DNA of 64,000 nucleotides from contig CM075994.1 of the NCBI GenBank assembly GCA_038087875.1, positions 4,652,001 to 4,716,000 of the forward strand, given 5' to 3'. This DNA is from Malacoraja senta (taxonomy: Eukaryota). The position numbers and the translations under genes are program-made. Positions 1-12,362 of this stretch are shown piece by piece. The first letter of the stretch is position 1. Each line of letters begins with the position of its first letter. Below the pieces are notes generated by a model. It did not search any database, had not been told where the DNA came from, and worked only from the letters and a program-made list of their open reading frames with translations.

Positions 1-376
1 ATCCACCTATCTTTTGCCAACTCTTGCTTAAACCATTCGTTCACCTCTTTCTTCCAATTGTATCCTTCAAGCTCCCAGTCGTAAGAATGTTCTGACGTGA
101 AACAACAAATGCCGCCTGATCTTCGACGTCGGTTTGCTTTCTTTACATTAGGCATAGGTGGGAAGAGATAAATAATTGGCATTCATTTGAAGTATATAGT
201 GTTTAGAACTGATGGTACATGCAGCCAGCTATACTCGTATTACATTATCTAAAGCCATAAGACGCAACCCGTTGGCAGATTGCATACTGATACATTTTAA
301 TAGGCTACTGACATTTGTGTGCTACTGCAATTTGACTGTCAAATTCAGATTTGTTGTATTTTCCCGAATTCATTTT

Positions 377-1172
377 CAATCAATCAATCAATCAACCTTT
401 ATTGGCATCTTGCAAGCAACAGTTGTACAGTGCAAAATAAAAAGACGTTTCCCAGGGAATACCGGAGCATCGCACATGAAATTTAAAACATTTCACACAT
501 AATAACACTGAAAACAATCCAGTCCCTGATGGAACAGTATAAATAGTTAAAAAGTAGGTAAAACAACAACGTTAAAATACAGTAAAACCGATCATTAACA
601 TGTCCGGGGCAGCTGATTTGAGTGGCCAGTGCCAGTTATTAAAGTGGCCAGTGCCAGTTATTAAAGTGTCCGTGTCAAGCCGCAGAATCAGTGACTGTGA
701 GTTCAGAGTGACTGTTTAGCAGCCTCACAGCATATGGCAGGACGCTATTTAGCAGTCTTGTAGTCCGGGCTTTGATACTGCGATATCTCTTGCCTGATGG
801 CAGGAGATCCAAGTGTATGTGGAGGGGGTGCAGTTTGTCCTTAGCAATTCTCTGAGCTTTTTTCAGACAGCGGCTCTGGAACAGTTCTTGTACCGAGGGT
901 AGGGAGACGCCAATGATCATCTCTGCTCCCCTCACTACCCTCTGCAGAGCGTTCCTGTCCGAGCAGTTGCAGGTGGAGTACCACGTATTTATGCAGTACG
1001 TGAGTACAGACTCCACCGTACCCCTGTAGAAAGTCATGAGGATGTTGGTGGGGAGTGAGGCGACGTTGTTGGGGAGTGAGGCCTGTTTTAGTTTCCTCAG
1101 GAAGTGCAGTCGCTGATGAGCCCGTTTGACGGTCCCAGTGGTGTCCCTGGACCAGGTGAGGCTTTCTGTAAT
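377..1172 (-). mobile_element. Rex1/Babar-type non-LTR retrotransposon, 5'-truncated 3' end
   Basis: ORF 675-1178(-) reads AHQRLHFLRKLK..FYRGTVESVLTYCI..W..LQRVVR..LPSGKRYRS, typical of the Rex1/Babar RT C-terminus. Ends in AATAAA plus a (GATT)n tail at about 377-402. Small internal duplications at 621-668 and 1041-1081. Confidence 0.85.
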
Positions 1173-2539
1173 TTGCACACCGATAAATAATTTTATTTAA
1201 CATTATGGTAAATAAAATTAGTAGCTGAATGTTAATGTTACAAACAGCTATTCTCCCTGGTGGCATACAAGAAAGTACCCATTTGTACTGAAATTTACCT
1301 CGCTCACAATACTTTTCAGCGAGGAAATCTAAATGTTTTACCCCGTCAGGACTAAGGCGTCTCCAGAGCCACTAATGTTGTTGACTATTGACCACCTCGT
1401 CAGACACTGGGAAACTAGGGGTAGAAAATATGTGCGATTGTTGGCAACAAAATTAATATTCCTTGATCTCGTAAAATAAAGGTGTCAGTTTCAAAAATAA
1501 GGAATAAAATGGAATGAATACCACAAAGAATAAAACGGAACGAATTCCGTCATGGCAATATTGATTTATTCTCGTTTCTACTATGTTCAAATCAATAATC
1601 TAATTGCAAATGAATGCTGCACCTTTCTAACAGAATTTCCAACTATTTTGCCTCACATGCAACGCGTAATTCTCAAGGTAATAATTGCATGAAAAATACG
1701 TCCCATACCTAGATCTTCAACCCTGGTCTGTAATGCTAAAAAAATAGAGCAAGTCTTCATTTGGTCTAATAATACATTATTTTTTCGGTGACATTACCAG
1801 CAATAATGAAATCCCGCGTTTCACAGATTAGTTTAAAAACTAATCAATAAATGCGTTGGCAGTAGACTGAGACATGGCTGCGAATAATATTTGCAATTCC
1901 CAGAATCTGCATTCTGTAAATAAGAAAAAGAAGAGTTAGCAGACGGAACACAGGTTGAGAAAATGTTCTCATTTCGAATAGATTGTTCATGATAGTTTTC
2001 AATCTAGAACTTCCACTGTTTCGCGTTTTTTTGCGTCACATTGCTTTTTGCGTCACATTCTCGTCATTGCTTTAATTTTGTGCCATGGTCCTGCACCGCA
2101 CGAAAGAATCAAACGAGTGCATTTCATAGTGTTTCTTCTCAGAGCAGTTTGAAATTATACCGTTTTTTATTTTGTTTCCGGATTTCTGCAGTATTCCTGG
2201 ATATATTCGAAAACATGACAATTATTTCATTTTAAACATTGTAAGATGTAGAAATTATCTGTACTGTTTTAAGTTGGGTGTTGGAATTTGGAAGGGATGT
2301 ATTGCACTAACAACAACAAGAACTCACGTGGTGAATAAAGTAACAATTTCCTGATTCGTGAAAGGACTGTTTATCCCGCCAACACAATTAACGGTGACCT
2401 ACCAAATGAATCATTGGTAAAAATATGAAAACTTTCGTTGCAAATCGTGCACAGATTTCAATGATCACTAAGGAAAAGATGCAGTTATACACATCCTAAC
2501 TCGTGACATATCGATGTAATTTTACACGAGCATTGCACT

Positions 2540-3145
2540 GTAATATGTAGCGAAAGACAATGCTTTCTTGTAATGCACATCCTTATGAATGACTTAATAT
2601 GGCGTGCTGCCTTGATTTTGTCAACCAATTCTCTGGCTTTAATCCCACGGTAGAAGGCCTCAATACAAACCACTGCTTTCGCAAACTATTATACTGTCTC
2701 ACTTGGACATCCCTTATCTGGCATGCTCTTTATCGTTGCTGTACCGCAATGGCAGACCAGCGTAGTTTCTTGAAATACTGACGCTGTTTATACATCTGAT
2801 AATACGTCTGTATGACCTTGGCAGATTTGTGCATGCACCGCAATTGCTTTCGAACAAGCATTCCTCGGTAGGCAGCCGGAATCATTACAACGCTTTTGCG
2901 TACCTTCATGTAAGTCTTGCGATCACTTTCCATTTGAAGGTGCCCTATAATGGGTTTGTACTATTATAGATGCTAATTTAATTGCCGTATTGACGGTATA
3001 CCCCGTGCCTTCTAAATGCTGCTTGTATTACCGTTGCTGCCTTCTGCTTGTTCCGGATCTCTCTCCGTACCTTCATACCCCTGAATGCAGCTTTAATAGC
3101 TAGGGTTGCCTTTTGGATGGCAATTTTCCTTTGCCTTTGAATTCT
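2540..3145 (-). pseudogene. ASPM: Disabled array of IQ calmodulin-binding repeats, ASPM-like
   Basis: Successive motifs IKAAFRG, IQAAFRR, VQTHYRA, IPAAYRG, IQTYYQM, VQQR*RA, IEAFYRG, IKSFIRM at ASPM-like spacing. Reading through them needs three frameshifts (about 2981, 2940, 2678) and passes an in-frame TAA at 2730-2732. Confidence 0.65.
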
Positions 3146-3154
3146 ATCACTTTG

Positions 3155-3280
3155 AATTTCCCCTTTGTCCCTTTGCACTAGACCTTTGTCCATTTCCACG
3201 AGACCTTTGTCCCTTTGCACTTGACCTTTGTCCTTTTGCACATTACCTTTGTCCTTTTGCACTTGAATGTTGTCCTTTGA
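3155..3280. repeat. 21-bp minisatellite, about 5-6 copies (minus strand encodes VQ(K/R)DKGx)
   Basis: Units ctttgtccctttgcactagac / ctttgtccatttccacgagac / ctttgtccctttgcacttgac / ctttgtccttttgcacattac. Confidence 0.9.
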
Positions 3281-3334
3281 CGGACTACATGCCCTCTTTA
3301 GTTCAGGCTCCTTACCTCTGGATACCCTTGGATA

Positions 3335-3472
3335 TTGTGGCGAGAAACGAGCCATTAATGCCTCCTTACACTCCTCGTACATTTTATCTATGGCCTTTGC
3401 TGGCTGCAGTAACATACGTAAGGTCTGATAACCCTCTCTTCCTACGCCTAAAATGAACCATGCTCTCTTCTT
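3335..3472 (-). mobile_element. Gypsy-type gag N-terminal fragment
   Basis: KKRAWFILGVGREGYQTLRMLLQPAKAIDKMYEECKEALMARFSP fits the recalled fish/invertebrate Gypsy gag pattern KxAxLLxxxGxxxYxLLxxLxxPxKxxxKxYxELxxxLxxHFxP. Confidence 0.6.
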
Positions 3473-4808
3473 CAACAATATAGGTAAAAAAATGGTTGAG
3501 GTCCTACAATGTGAATTTAGGGAGCTAGGAGATAAACTTAAAAGTAGGACCTCAAAGGTAATAATCTCTGGATTACTGCCAGTACCACGGGCTAGTCAGA
3601 GTAGAAATAGGAGGATATTGCAGGTGAATACGTGGCTTGAAAAATGGTGCAAGCGGGAGGGACTCAAATTTCTAGGGCATTGGAACCAGTTCTGGGGGAG
3701 GTGGGACCAGTCCAAACAGGACGGTCTGCACCTGGGCTGGAATGGAACCAATGTCCTTGGGGGAGTGTTTGCTAGTGCTGTCGGGGAGGATTTAAGCTAA
3801 TGTGGCAGGGGGATGGGTGCAAGAGCAGAGAGGCAGAGGGGTGTAAAATGAGGGTAGAAGCAATAGGTAGCAAGGTGAAAAGTAAAAGTGGCAGGCAGAC
3901 AAATCCAGGGCAAAAATCAAAAAGGGCCACTTTTCAACATAATTGTATAAAGGGTAAGAGTTTTGTAAAAACAAGCCTGAAGGCTTTGTATCTTAATGCA
4001 AGGAACATTCGTAATAAGGTGGATGAGTTGAATGTGCAGAGAGTTATTAATGAATATGATATAGTTGGGATCACAGAGACATGGCACCAGGGTGACCAAG
4101 GCTGGGAGCTGAACATCCAGGGATATTCAATATTCAGGAGGGATAGACAGAAAGGAAAAGAAGGTGGGGTAGTGTTGCTCGTTAGAGAGGAGGTTAACGC
4201 AATAGAAATGAAGGACATTAACTTGGAGGATGTGGAATCGAAATGGGTAGAGCTGCGAAACACTAAGGGGCAGAAAACGCTAGTGGGAGTTGTGTACATG
4301 CCACCTAACAGAAGTAGTGGAGTTGGGGAAGGCATCAAACAGGAAATTAGTAATGCGTGCAACAAAGGTAAAACAGTTATAATGGGTGACTTCAATCTAC
4401 ATATAGATTGGGTGAATCAAATTGTCAGGGGTGCTGAGGAAGAGGATTTCTTGGATTGGATAGTTATCTAAACCAACATTTCGAGGAACCAACGAGAGAG
4501 CAGGCTATTCTAGACTGGGTATTGAGTAATGAGGAATGGTTAGTTAGAAGTCTTGTTGTGCGTGGCCCCTTGGGCAAGAGTGACCATAATATAGTTGAGT
4601 TCTTCATTAGGATGGAGAGAGACATAATTAATTCAGAAACAAGGGTTCTGAATTTAAAGAAAGGTAACTTTGAGGGTATGAGACGTGATTTGGCCAAGAT
4701 AGACTGGCAATTGATTCTTAAAGGGTTGCCGGTGGATATGAAATGGAAGGCATTTAAAGACTGCAAGGATGAACTACAACAATTGTTCATCCCAGTTTGG
4801 CAAAATAA
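3473..4808 (+). mobile_element. CR1 LINE internal fragment (subfamily B): ORF1 SGNH esterase end plus ORF2 APE endonuclease
   Basis: VIISGLLPVPRAS..DGLHL (3453-3800); LYLNARNIRNK, GITETW, MGDFN, SDHN (3800-4821). Highly similar to 44081-45068. Confidence 0.9.
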
Positions 4809-5629
4809 TTATTCAGCTTGAGGAATTTGACAAAAAAACTCAGTCTAAAATGAGTAACAATCCGAAGGACGATATCTTGCCACGTAGACACAACATAGAG
4901 ATAGCCTTACAAAAGTCGCCGACTTCTACAGCTGATGTTTTAAATTACAGTCCCCGCAATAGAGGGATCTGCAGGCCTCTCATGTCCAGCTCGCAAACAA
5001 CTGCGACACAACTCCGTATCTACTGTTTAAACGGTTAATCAAGCCTGCGTGTTGCAAAACAGTCCTGCGGGTGAGTTCACGAACTCTATCCCATCCACGT
5101 CGCATATTGTAATGTGTTTGGGTGCTTGGAACTGACTTAAAAGAACTCTCAGATACAGGAGTAAACTGACAATCTTCTTTATTCTAGGACGCCACATTGA
5201 GTCTCCCCTAGCGCATGCGTCCCCTTGCACAAGACATAACATATGCTAATTATATTACATACATCACACGCTTTCTTGTAATGCACGATGCTGCCGACTT
5301 TGTTGTGTCTGATACATTAATAAAGATCATAAGTAAAGGTATAATAATCATGTCGTAATTAGATATCTTCACAACATGAATATCACACAGAATTGAAATC
5401 ATACAGGTGATGTAATATGTGTCACTTCTAACGTTCATTCTGTCCCAAAGACTCAGCGGTATTTTTCGTGATGTGCATGGTCACGCTATGTAACTTAACA
5501 TTACCTTGTATAAAACAGGGCTAACGGCGGAATACCAAGAGTTCTATCTATCTGATGTGCTCTAAATACAGACTGTCGATAGAGGATTCCGTGGGATACC
5601 TGGCAGTAGGTCAGGACAGCATTCTGTCG

Positions 5630-5950
5630 CAATTTGGAGAGCTGACACTGAACGGCGTCAAACACTCGCGTTCTATCCGACCCTCTGTTGCTGCCTGTGT
5701 GTAATATGCACTTTCTCCCTGTAACCGCGGGGCTTTCAGCCGAATTGATCCGGTTTCATTTCACATCACAGAGACGAGGCTTTCTCTGTCAATCGGCCTA
5801 TCTAAATTCGCGCATAAGCGTAGGGTGTGAATGTGAATGTGAGGTCATATAAAATGTATGTGAACGGGTGATCGATGAGTGTCCTGGATTCGCTAGGCCA
5901 AAAAGAATGTTTCCATGCTGTATCACTAAATTAAGTCTAAAAACTAAACC
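5630..5950 (+). mobile_element. Old HE1-like tRNA-derived SINE (degenerate)
   Basis: Resembles the recalled elasmobranch HE1 core (ctccctgtaacc..cggttt..) and 3' end (gtttccatgctgtatcactaaa..ctaaa). Confidence 0.55.
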
Positions 5951-6452
5951 ATCGCTGGTAAACTCCATTCTTTGGCCACAAATAAAACAAAAACATCCGT
6001 GATATGAAGCGGCTAGAAAGGCTCATAGGAAGTAGTCATTTTCAAAATCAGTGGTTGTCAGTAACCGTCGCTGGGCCCAAATGTGCACAGTGGCACGTCC
6101 AAATAGCATGTTCGTTCTAGCACACAACTTACATTTCAAACCCTGTAGATATAGTCACGCAGTTGTGAATATATATATTAGATGTCGCTCGCAGAGCCAA
6201 ACCTATTGCCATATGTGCAAACAAATCTGCGTAATTTTATCTACAGTTATCAAACATGAATAATCAAATAAAAAGTAATTTCAAAACAGCTATGCAAACA
6301 TGTTTTATTCTGTTTTATATACATTACCTTCCACTTTGTTCACTTTCTGGGCTGTTAAGTGAAACACATTTATGATATTAGAGTTTAGTTATACTAAGTT
6401 ATGGTATGTCCTAACCATCCCAATGGTTGTGTAACCCTGATAAGCAAATGGT

Positions 6453-7265
6453 CATCAGCTCATAAGTGACAGTAGTAGAATCGACGAATTGGCCCTCAAG
6501 TCTATTTTGCTATTCAATCGTGGATGATCTACCTCTTCCTCCAAACGCCATTCACCTGCCTTCTCCTCATAACCTCTGATCCCTGTATTGATTAATAGTC
6601 TACACATCTCTGCGTTCAATATATCCACTGACTTGACATCCACAGCCTTCTGTGGCAAATAATTCCACAGATTCACCACCCTCTGACTAAGGAAATGTAT
6701 TCTCATCTCCTTCCTACAAAAAAAAGTTAGTTAACTTCACTCTGCCACTAGTGGAACGATTCTCTCCACATCCAAACTATGCAAGCCCTACTTTATTGTG
6801 TATCTTTCAATTAGGTCCCTCGTCATTCCTCTGAACTCCAGCGTGTGCAGGCCCAGTGCCGACAAACGCTCATTATAAGTTACCTGTGCATCCCTGGAGT
6901 CCTTCCTGCAAACCTCCTCGGGATCCTCTCCAGAGCCAGCATATCATTCCTAGAAAATGGTGCCCAAAATTGCTCACAATATTCCATCTGCGGCCTCTCC
7001 AGCGTCTTGCAGAAACTCAAGAATACATCGCTGTTTTTTCGTACAAACCCTCTCAAAATAAATGCTCGCATTGCGTTTGCTCTCTCTACTACTGATTGGA
7101 CATGCAGATTAAATTTATTTAGGAATCATGTAGCAGCTCTTCCAAGTTACTTTGCAATTGCGATTTCTGGATTAACTCCCCATTTAGAAATTAGTCTATG
7201 CCGATGTTCCTACTCCCAAAATGCTTTACTCCACACTTTGCTACACTATATTCCATCTTCCATTC
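6453..7265 (-). mobile_element. CR1 LINE 3' fragment
   Basis: EYCEQFWAP..ALERIPRRF and FLSQRVVNLWNYLP motifs, followed by a CR1-type 3' UTR. Confidence 0.85.
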
Positions 7266-7299
7266 CATGGAAAAACGCGTTCGTCAGGAGATTTAACTA

Positions 7300-7620
7300 T
7301 ATGATACGATACGATACGATGAAACTTTGTTCATCCCCGGAGGGAAATTGGTATGTCAACTGTCACAACACATAAGGTAAAAGAAAACTTGAAATCAAAA
7401 GTGAAAACGAAAATGAAAAGACAAGCGACTGTTGGCTGGCTGCCGTGTGCACAGCGCCTTAAGCCGACCGAACGAAGAAACAAACAAACGAAGGCTGGAT
7501 TAGCCCCTGACAGAGATTCTAAAAATAAAGTACCCCCCTCCTCAACGTCTGGTCCCCATTTTTTCTCCCACCTTCTCTCACGGCGGTCCCCCCTACCCCC
7601 TCCCCCCCTCCCCCCTCCCC
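7300..7620 (-). mobile_element. 3' end of a retroposon with a (TCGTA)n tail
   Basis: (atacg)n tail at 7300-7320; non-coding body. Confidence 0.5.
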
Positions 7621-7621
7621 C

Positions 7622-8570
7622 CTACAGTCGTTCGTCTTTTTTTTATTTTTGTCTTGTTAAATGTATGTCTTCAGTTTAGTTTTTTATTATTTTTTAGCTG
7701 TGTATATGTGGTGGGTGGAGGGGGGGTGTTGGGGAAACCGTTAGTCTCTTCCTTGTACGGGCCCCGACTTTTTCCCTGTCGGATCTCCGATGTCGTTTGG
7801 CCTAACATTGTGGAGCCGGCGGCGGCCTCCGGCCGGGACCAACCTGAGGGCTCCAGTCGCGGAGCCTGCGGACCTGACATCGCGGAGCTGGCCGGCTTCG
7901 GAGCGGGGAGAGCTGTGGTGGCGCTCGGCTGCGACCCGACTTTGGAGTTTCGGAAGCTCCGGCTTCGGGCCCGGTGGACAGGAACATCGGGAGCTCCAGG
8001 TCCCTGCTGGGAGAGCGCTTTTCGGAGCTCCCGCAACGGCAACTTCTCCCGCTGGAATCGCGAGGTTTGGAGGACACGGAGCGAGGCCTAACATCGCCCG
8101 GCGCGGGTTGGCGGCCACGGGACTTACCGTCGTCCGCCGTGGGCTCTAACATCGGAGCCCCAGTTCGCCTAGACGCTGCAGTTGGACTGCGGGTTGGACT
8201 GCTTGAACCGCGGGGTTTGAAGGACACGGAGCCGGGGCCTGGCATCGCCCGGCAGGGCTAAATGGCCACAGGACTTACCATCGTCCGCCGGGGGCTTTAA
8301 CATCGGAGCCCCATTTCCCCTAGACGCTGCAGTTGGACTGCTGGACCGCGGGTGAAGAATAAAGGGAAGAGATAAGACTTTGCCTTCCATCACAGCGAGG
8401 AGGTGTTGGACACTCACTGTGATGGATGTTTATGTAAACTGTGTAAACTGGGTCTAATTTTTTTTGTAATGTAAAAAAAAACTGTATTAATGATATTTCG
8501 TTCAAGCCTAGGTTTGAATGACAATAAATAGCATTCAATCATAAATAGCATTAATTCATTCATTAATTCA
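7622..8570 (+). mobile_element. Non-autonomous GC-rich retroposon with Rex1/Babar-like 3' tail
   Basis: T-rich then G-rich 5' part, GC-rich internal duplication (8058-8200 vs 8210-8350), and 3' end ttcaagcctaggtttgaa-tgacaataaa plus (ATTC)-like tail. Same architecture as 30028-31027. Confidence 0.7.
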
Positions 8571-8629
8571 TATGAATTAATCAGTTACCCTTATTTTCTT
8601 CTGAAATGTAGGCAGCATTTAGCGGAAGC

Positions 8630-10108
8630 GTCGCTGATGAATACCACCAAATCGTTGGTATCACATTCGTACACTTCACTCTACACCTCCATCACCCACC
8701 AGGAGGGTCTCAAAGCCTTCCGTTTCTTCCTCGACTGGAGAACCAACCAATCCCCGTCGACAGATACTCTCCTCCTTAATAACTTTCGTTTGACTCCTCC
8801 CATTTCCACCAAATACAAGGCGTAGCTATGGGCACGTGCATGGGCCCTAGCTATGCCTGCCTCTTTGTAAGGTACGTCGAACAATCCATGTTCGAGACGT
8901 ACAATGGCCCAATCCCCGACCCCTACCTCCGCTACATCGACGACTGCATTGGTGCTACCTCCACACACAACTTACTGACTTCATCCATTTCACCACCAAC
9001 ATTCATCGGCACTCAAATACACTTGGTCCATTTCCGACACTACCCTACCATTTCTTAACCTCACTATCTCCATCTCAGGTGATAGACTTCTGACCGACAT
9101 CCACTATAAACCCATTTACTCCCATGGATATCTAGACTACACTTCCTCCCACCCTGCTTCCTGTAAGGACTCCAACCCCTACTCCTAACTCCTCCGTTTA
9201 CGCCGCATATGCTCCCAACATGAGGTGTTCCACACCAGGGAAACGGAAATGTCCTCTTTCATCAGCGAACGACGTTCCCGTCCTCCACTATAGATGAGGC
9301 TCACACCATGGTTTCTTCAATACCCCGTAACACTGCTCTCTCTCCCCTTCCACCCACGCGTAACAAGTACAGCCCCCCCCCCCCAGTCTTCACCCTCCAC
9401 CGTACTACTAGCCATCAGATACAACAAATAGTCCTCCGTCATTCTGGCCACCTCCAACGTGACCCCACCACTCGCCACATCTTCCCATCACCCCCATGTC
9501 TGCTTACCGCAAAGACCGCTCCCTCGGTAACTCTCTGGTCAATTATCCCCTTCCCACCCGTACCACCCCTCCGCGGGCCCTATCCTTTGCAGCCGCATTA
9601 AATGCTGCACTTGTCGCTATACCTCCCCCCCACGACTCCATTCAAAGACCCAAGTTGTCGTTCCAGGAGCGACAGAGTTTCATCTGCACCTCCTCCAACC
9701 TCATCTATTGCATCCGCTGCTCTAAATGTCAGCTGATCTACATCGGTGAGACCAAGCATGGGCTTGGCGATCGTTTCGCCGAACACCTCCGCTCGGTCCG
9801 AAATGACCTACATGATCTCCCGGTGGCTCAGCACTTCAACTCCCCTTCCCATTTCGAATCCAACCTTTCTGTCCTGGGCCCCCTCCATGGCCAAAGTGAG
9901 GATGACCGTAAATTGGAGGTACATGACCTCGTATTACGCTTGGGCAGTCTATACCCCAGCAGTATGAACATTGACTTCTCCAATTTCCGTTAGCCCTTAT
10001 TATCTCCTCCCCCTTCTCAGCTCTCCCTCAGCCCTCTGGCAACTCATCTCCCTTTCTTCTTCCCGTCCCCCACCCTACATCAGTCTGAAGGAGAGTTTCG
10101 GCCCAAAA
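8630..10108 (+). mobile_element. Penelope-like element (RT plus GIY-YIG endonuclease), disabled
   Basis: SLYTSI, AMGTCMGPSYACLFV and RYIDD RT motifs. CTSSNLIYCIRCSKCQLIYIGETK..RFAEH GIY-YIG at 9496-9993. The terminal region resumes at 12245 after a CR1 insertion. Confidence 0.9.
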
Positions 10109-10109
10109 T

Positions 10110-12243
10110 TAGGCGAGAATTAGCATTGGGTAGGCTAATGGGACTCAAGGATGATAAATCCCCTGGGGCTGATGGGCTGCATCCCAGGGTCCTCAGGGAG
10201 GTGGCTCTGGAAAAAGTGGACTCATTGGTGAATATTTTCTAATGTTCGATCGATTCAGGGTTAGTTCCTGTAGATTGGAGGACAGCTAATGCTATACCAC
10301 ATTTCAAGAAAAGAGCGAGAGAGAAAACGGGGAATTACAAACCAGTTAACCTGACGTCGGTGGTGGGAAAGATGCTGGAGTCAATTACTAAAGAGTTTAT
10401 AATAGGTCATTTGGATAGCAGTAAAAGGATTAGCCCAAGCCAACGTGGATTCATGAAAGGGAAATCGTGCTTGACTAATCTTCTGGAATTTTTTGAGGAT
10501 GTGACAATTAAAATATATGAAGGGGTGCCAGTGGGTGTAGTGTATCTACACTTTTAGACAGCATTTGACAAGGTCCCGCACTGGAGACTGGTGACTAAAA
10601 TTAGAGCACGTGGCATTGGTGGTATGGTGTTGACATGGATAGAAAAATGGTTGGCAGACAGGAAGCAAAGTGTAGGACTGAACGGGTCCTTTTCAGAATG
10701 GCAGGCAGTGGCGATTTGTGTGCCGCAAGGCTCGGTGTTTGGGCCACAAATATTTACTATATATATTAATGATGTGGAAGAGGGAATTAGGAGCAACACT
10801 TTTGGATGACACAAAGCTGGGTGGCAGTGTGAACTGTGAAGAGGATGTTAGGGGGTTGCAGGGTGACCTGGACAGGTTGAGTGCGTGGGCATATGCGTGG
10901 CAGATGCAGTATAATATAGATAAGTGTGAGGTTATCCACTTTGACGGCAAAAACGAGGGGGCAGATTACTATATCCTTGGGGTTAGGTTAGGCAATGGGG
11001 AAGTGCAGCGAGACCTGGGCGTCTTTATACACCAGTCACTGAAAGTTGGCGTGCAGGTACAGCAGGCAGTGAAGAAAGCTATGGAGTATTGGCCTTTATA
11101 ACGAGGATTTCAGTATAGGAGGAAAACGGTTATTCTGCAGATGTATAGGATTCTGGTGAGACCACATCTGGGGTATTGTGTCCAGTTTTGTTCTCTGATT
11201 TTGAGGGAGGACATTCTTGTGAATGAGGCAGTGCAGCGTAGGTTCACGAGATTGATCCCTGGGATGGCGGGGCTGTCATATGAGGAAAGATTGAAAGATA
11301 GGCTTGTATTCACTGGAGTTTAGAAGGATGAGGGGATCTCATAGAAACATATAAAATTATAAAAGGACTGGACACGCTACATGCAGGAAAAATCAGGTAC
11401 TGGAAACTTTATTTCCTAGTACCTACCTGGTCGGAGAGGCGGCTTTCCTCCGAGCTGCTTCTTCGCCCCCCTCCTCGCGGCCTACCATCGGACTGGAGCG
11501 GCGTCTCCTGTCGTGAGCGGCCGGAACCCCAGCTTCGGCGGCGGCGCAGCGCTGGGACACCAACACGGAGCGGGCGATGCTTTGCTCGGGTCGCCGTGCG
11601 GTAAGCTCCTGAGTGCTGTGGCCGCCGACTGCCAAATCCGAGGAGCTGCGGCTGCGGGCGTCCAGCCGCGGGCAGCGTTGGATTTAAAACACCGCGGAGC
11701 CTGGGATCCGAGGTCGCCAGAGCCGGAACTCCAATCAGCGCGGCCTGAGGACTGCGGGAGCCGCGGTCGCCCGGGGGGGAGGCGGCCGCTCCAGCGATTC
11801 CAGACCTTCCAAGACGCTAAGAAAAGTTCACCCGACGCCGGTGCTCCATCTTCCCGGCAAGAGGGCCTGAAGCATCGGGCTGCCGTAGCGGCGACTGCGG
11901 AGGCCACAATGGGCCCGACTATGGGTGAACAGGGGACGGGACTGAACTTTGCTGCCTTCCCCCACAGTGGGAACCATTGTGGGGGGATGCCTTTATGTTT
12001 GTTGTTAAATTCTTTAATGTTGTGCCTTAACTTTATTCATGTGCTGCAATGCCAATGCTAATATCACTACGACAATCCTTTGTATCCTTTGAATTTGAGA
12101 GAGAGTAAATGGAATCAAAGGACATGGGGAGAAGGCAGGCACGGGTTATTGATTGTGGACGATTAGTCATGATTGGCGGTGCTGTCTCGAGGGGCCGAAT
12201 GGCCTCTTCCCGCACCGATTTTCTATGTTTCAACGTTTCTATG
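10110..12243 (+). mobile_element. CR1 LINE RT region and 3' UTR inserted in the Penelope terminal repeat
   Basis: SQRGFMKGKSCLTNLLEFF, VPQGSV, DDTKL and QYNIDKC motifs; tail ttctatgtttcaacgtttctatgt at about 12221-12244. Confidence 0.9.
11394..12075 (+). mobile_element. GC-rich non-autonomous retroposon fragment nested in CR1
   Basis: Abrupt switch from CR1 to CpG-rich non-coding sequence. Contains actttgctgccttcccccacagtggg, similar to 8378-8400 and 30851-30875. Confidence 0.6.
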
Positions 12244-12244
12244 T

Positions 12245-12350
12245 AACGTTGCCTATTTCCTTCGCTCCATAGATGCTCCCGCAACCGCTGAGATTCTCAA
12301 GCACCTTTGCCTACCTTCGATTTTCCAGCATGCGCAGTTCCTTTTTAAAC
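12245..12350 (+). mobile_element. Remainder of the Penelope terminal repeat
   Basis: aacgttgcctatttccttcgctccatagatgct..gctgag..agca continues the motif broken at 10108. Confidence 0.7.
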
Positions 12351-12362
12351 GTACATCTAGAT

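Larger units (their letters stand above)
1299..6436 (-). pseudogene. Decayed CATSPERG-like copy (N-terminal exon remnants), probably continuing toward the window start
   Basis: Segments bounded by AG/GT at 1299-1414, 1709-1913 and about 6328-6436. Minus-strand translations include YYITCMISILC..PLLMIF (5250-5438), CLVQGDAC..PRIKK..DVDGIEF (5039-5242), RSPLIVLAG (2374-2400) and WLWRRLSPDGVKHL. These resemble recalled CATSPERG N-terminal motifs YYLKINYSC..PLVLVTF, CMAEEVC..PIKKG..INGF, SPVLILGG and WIRVL..IKKL. Stops and frameshifts are present. Confidence 0.45.

Noticed and set aside
2562..5286. 17-nt exact match gctttcttgtaatgcac at 2562-2578 and 5270-5286 as a TSD
   Set aside because: The enclosed DNA is a mix of unrelated pieces with no element termini. 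It may be chance or residual paralogy; unresolved.
7654..8417. Overlapping GC-rich ORFs (also 11423-12061 and 30115-30952) as genes
   Set aside because: Open in several frames on both strands because of GC content; they lie within non-coding retroposons.
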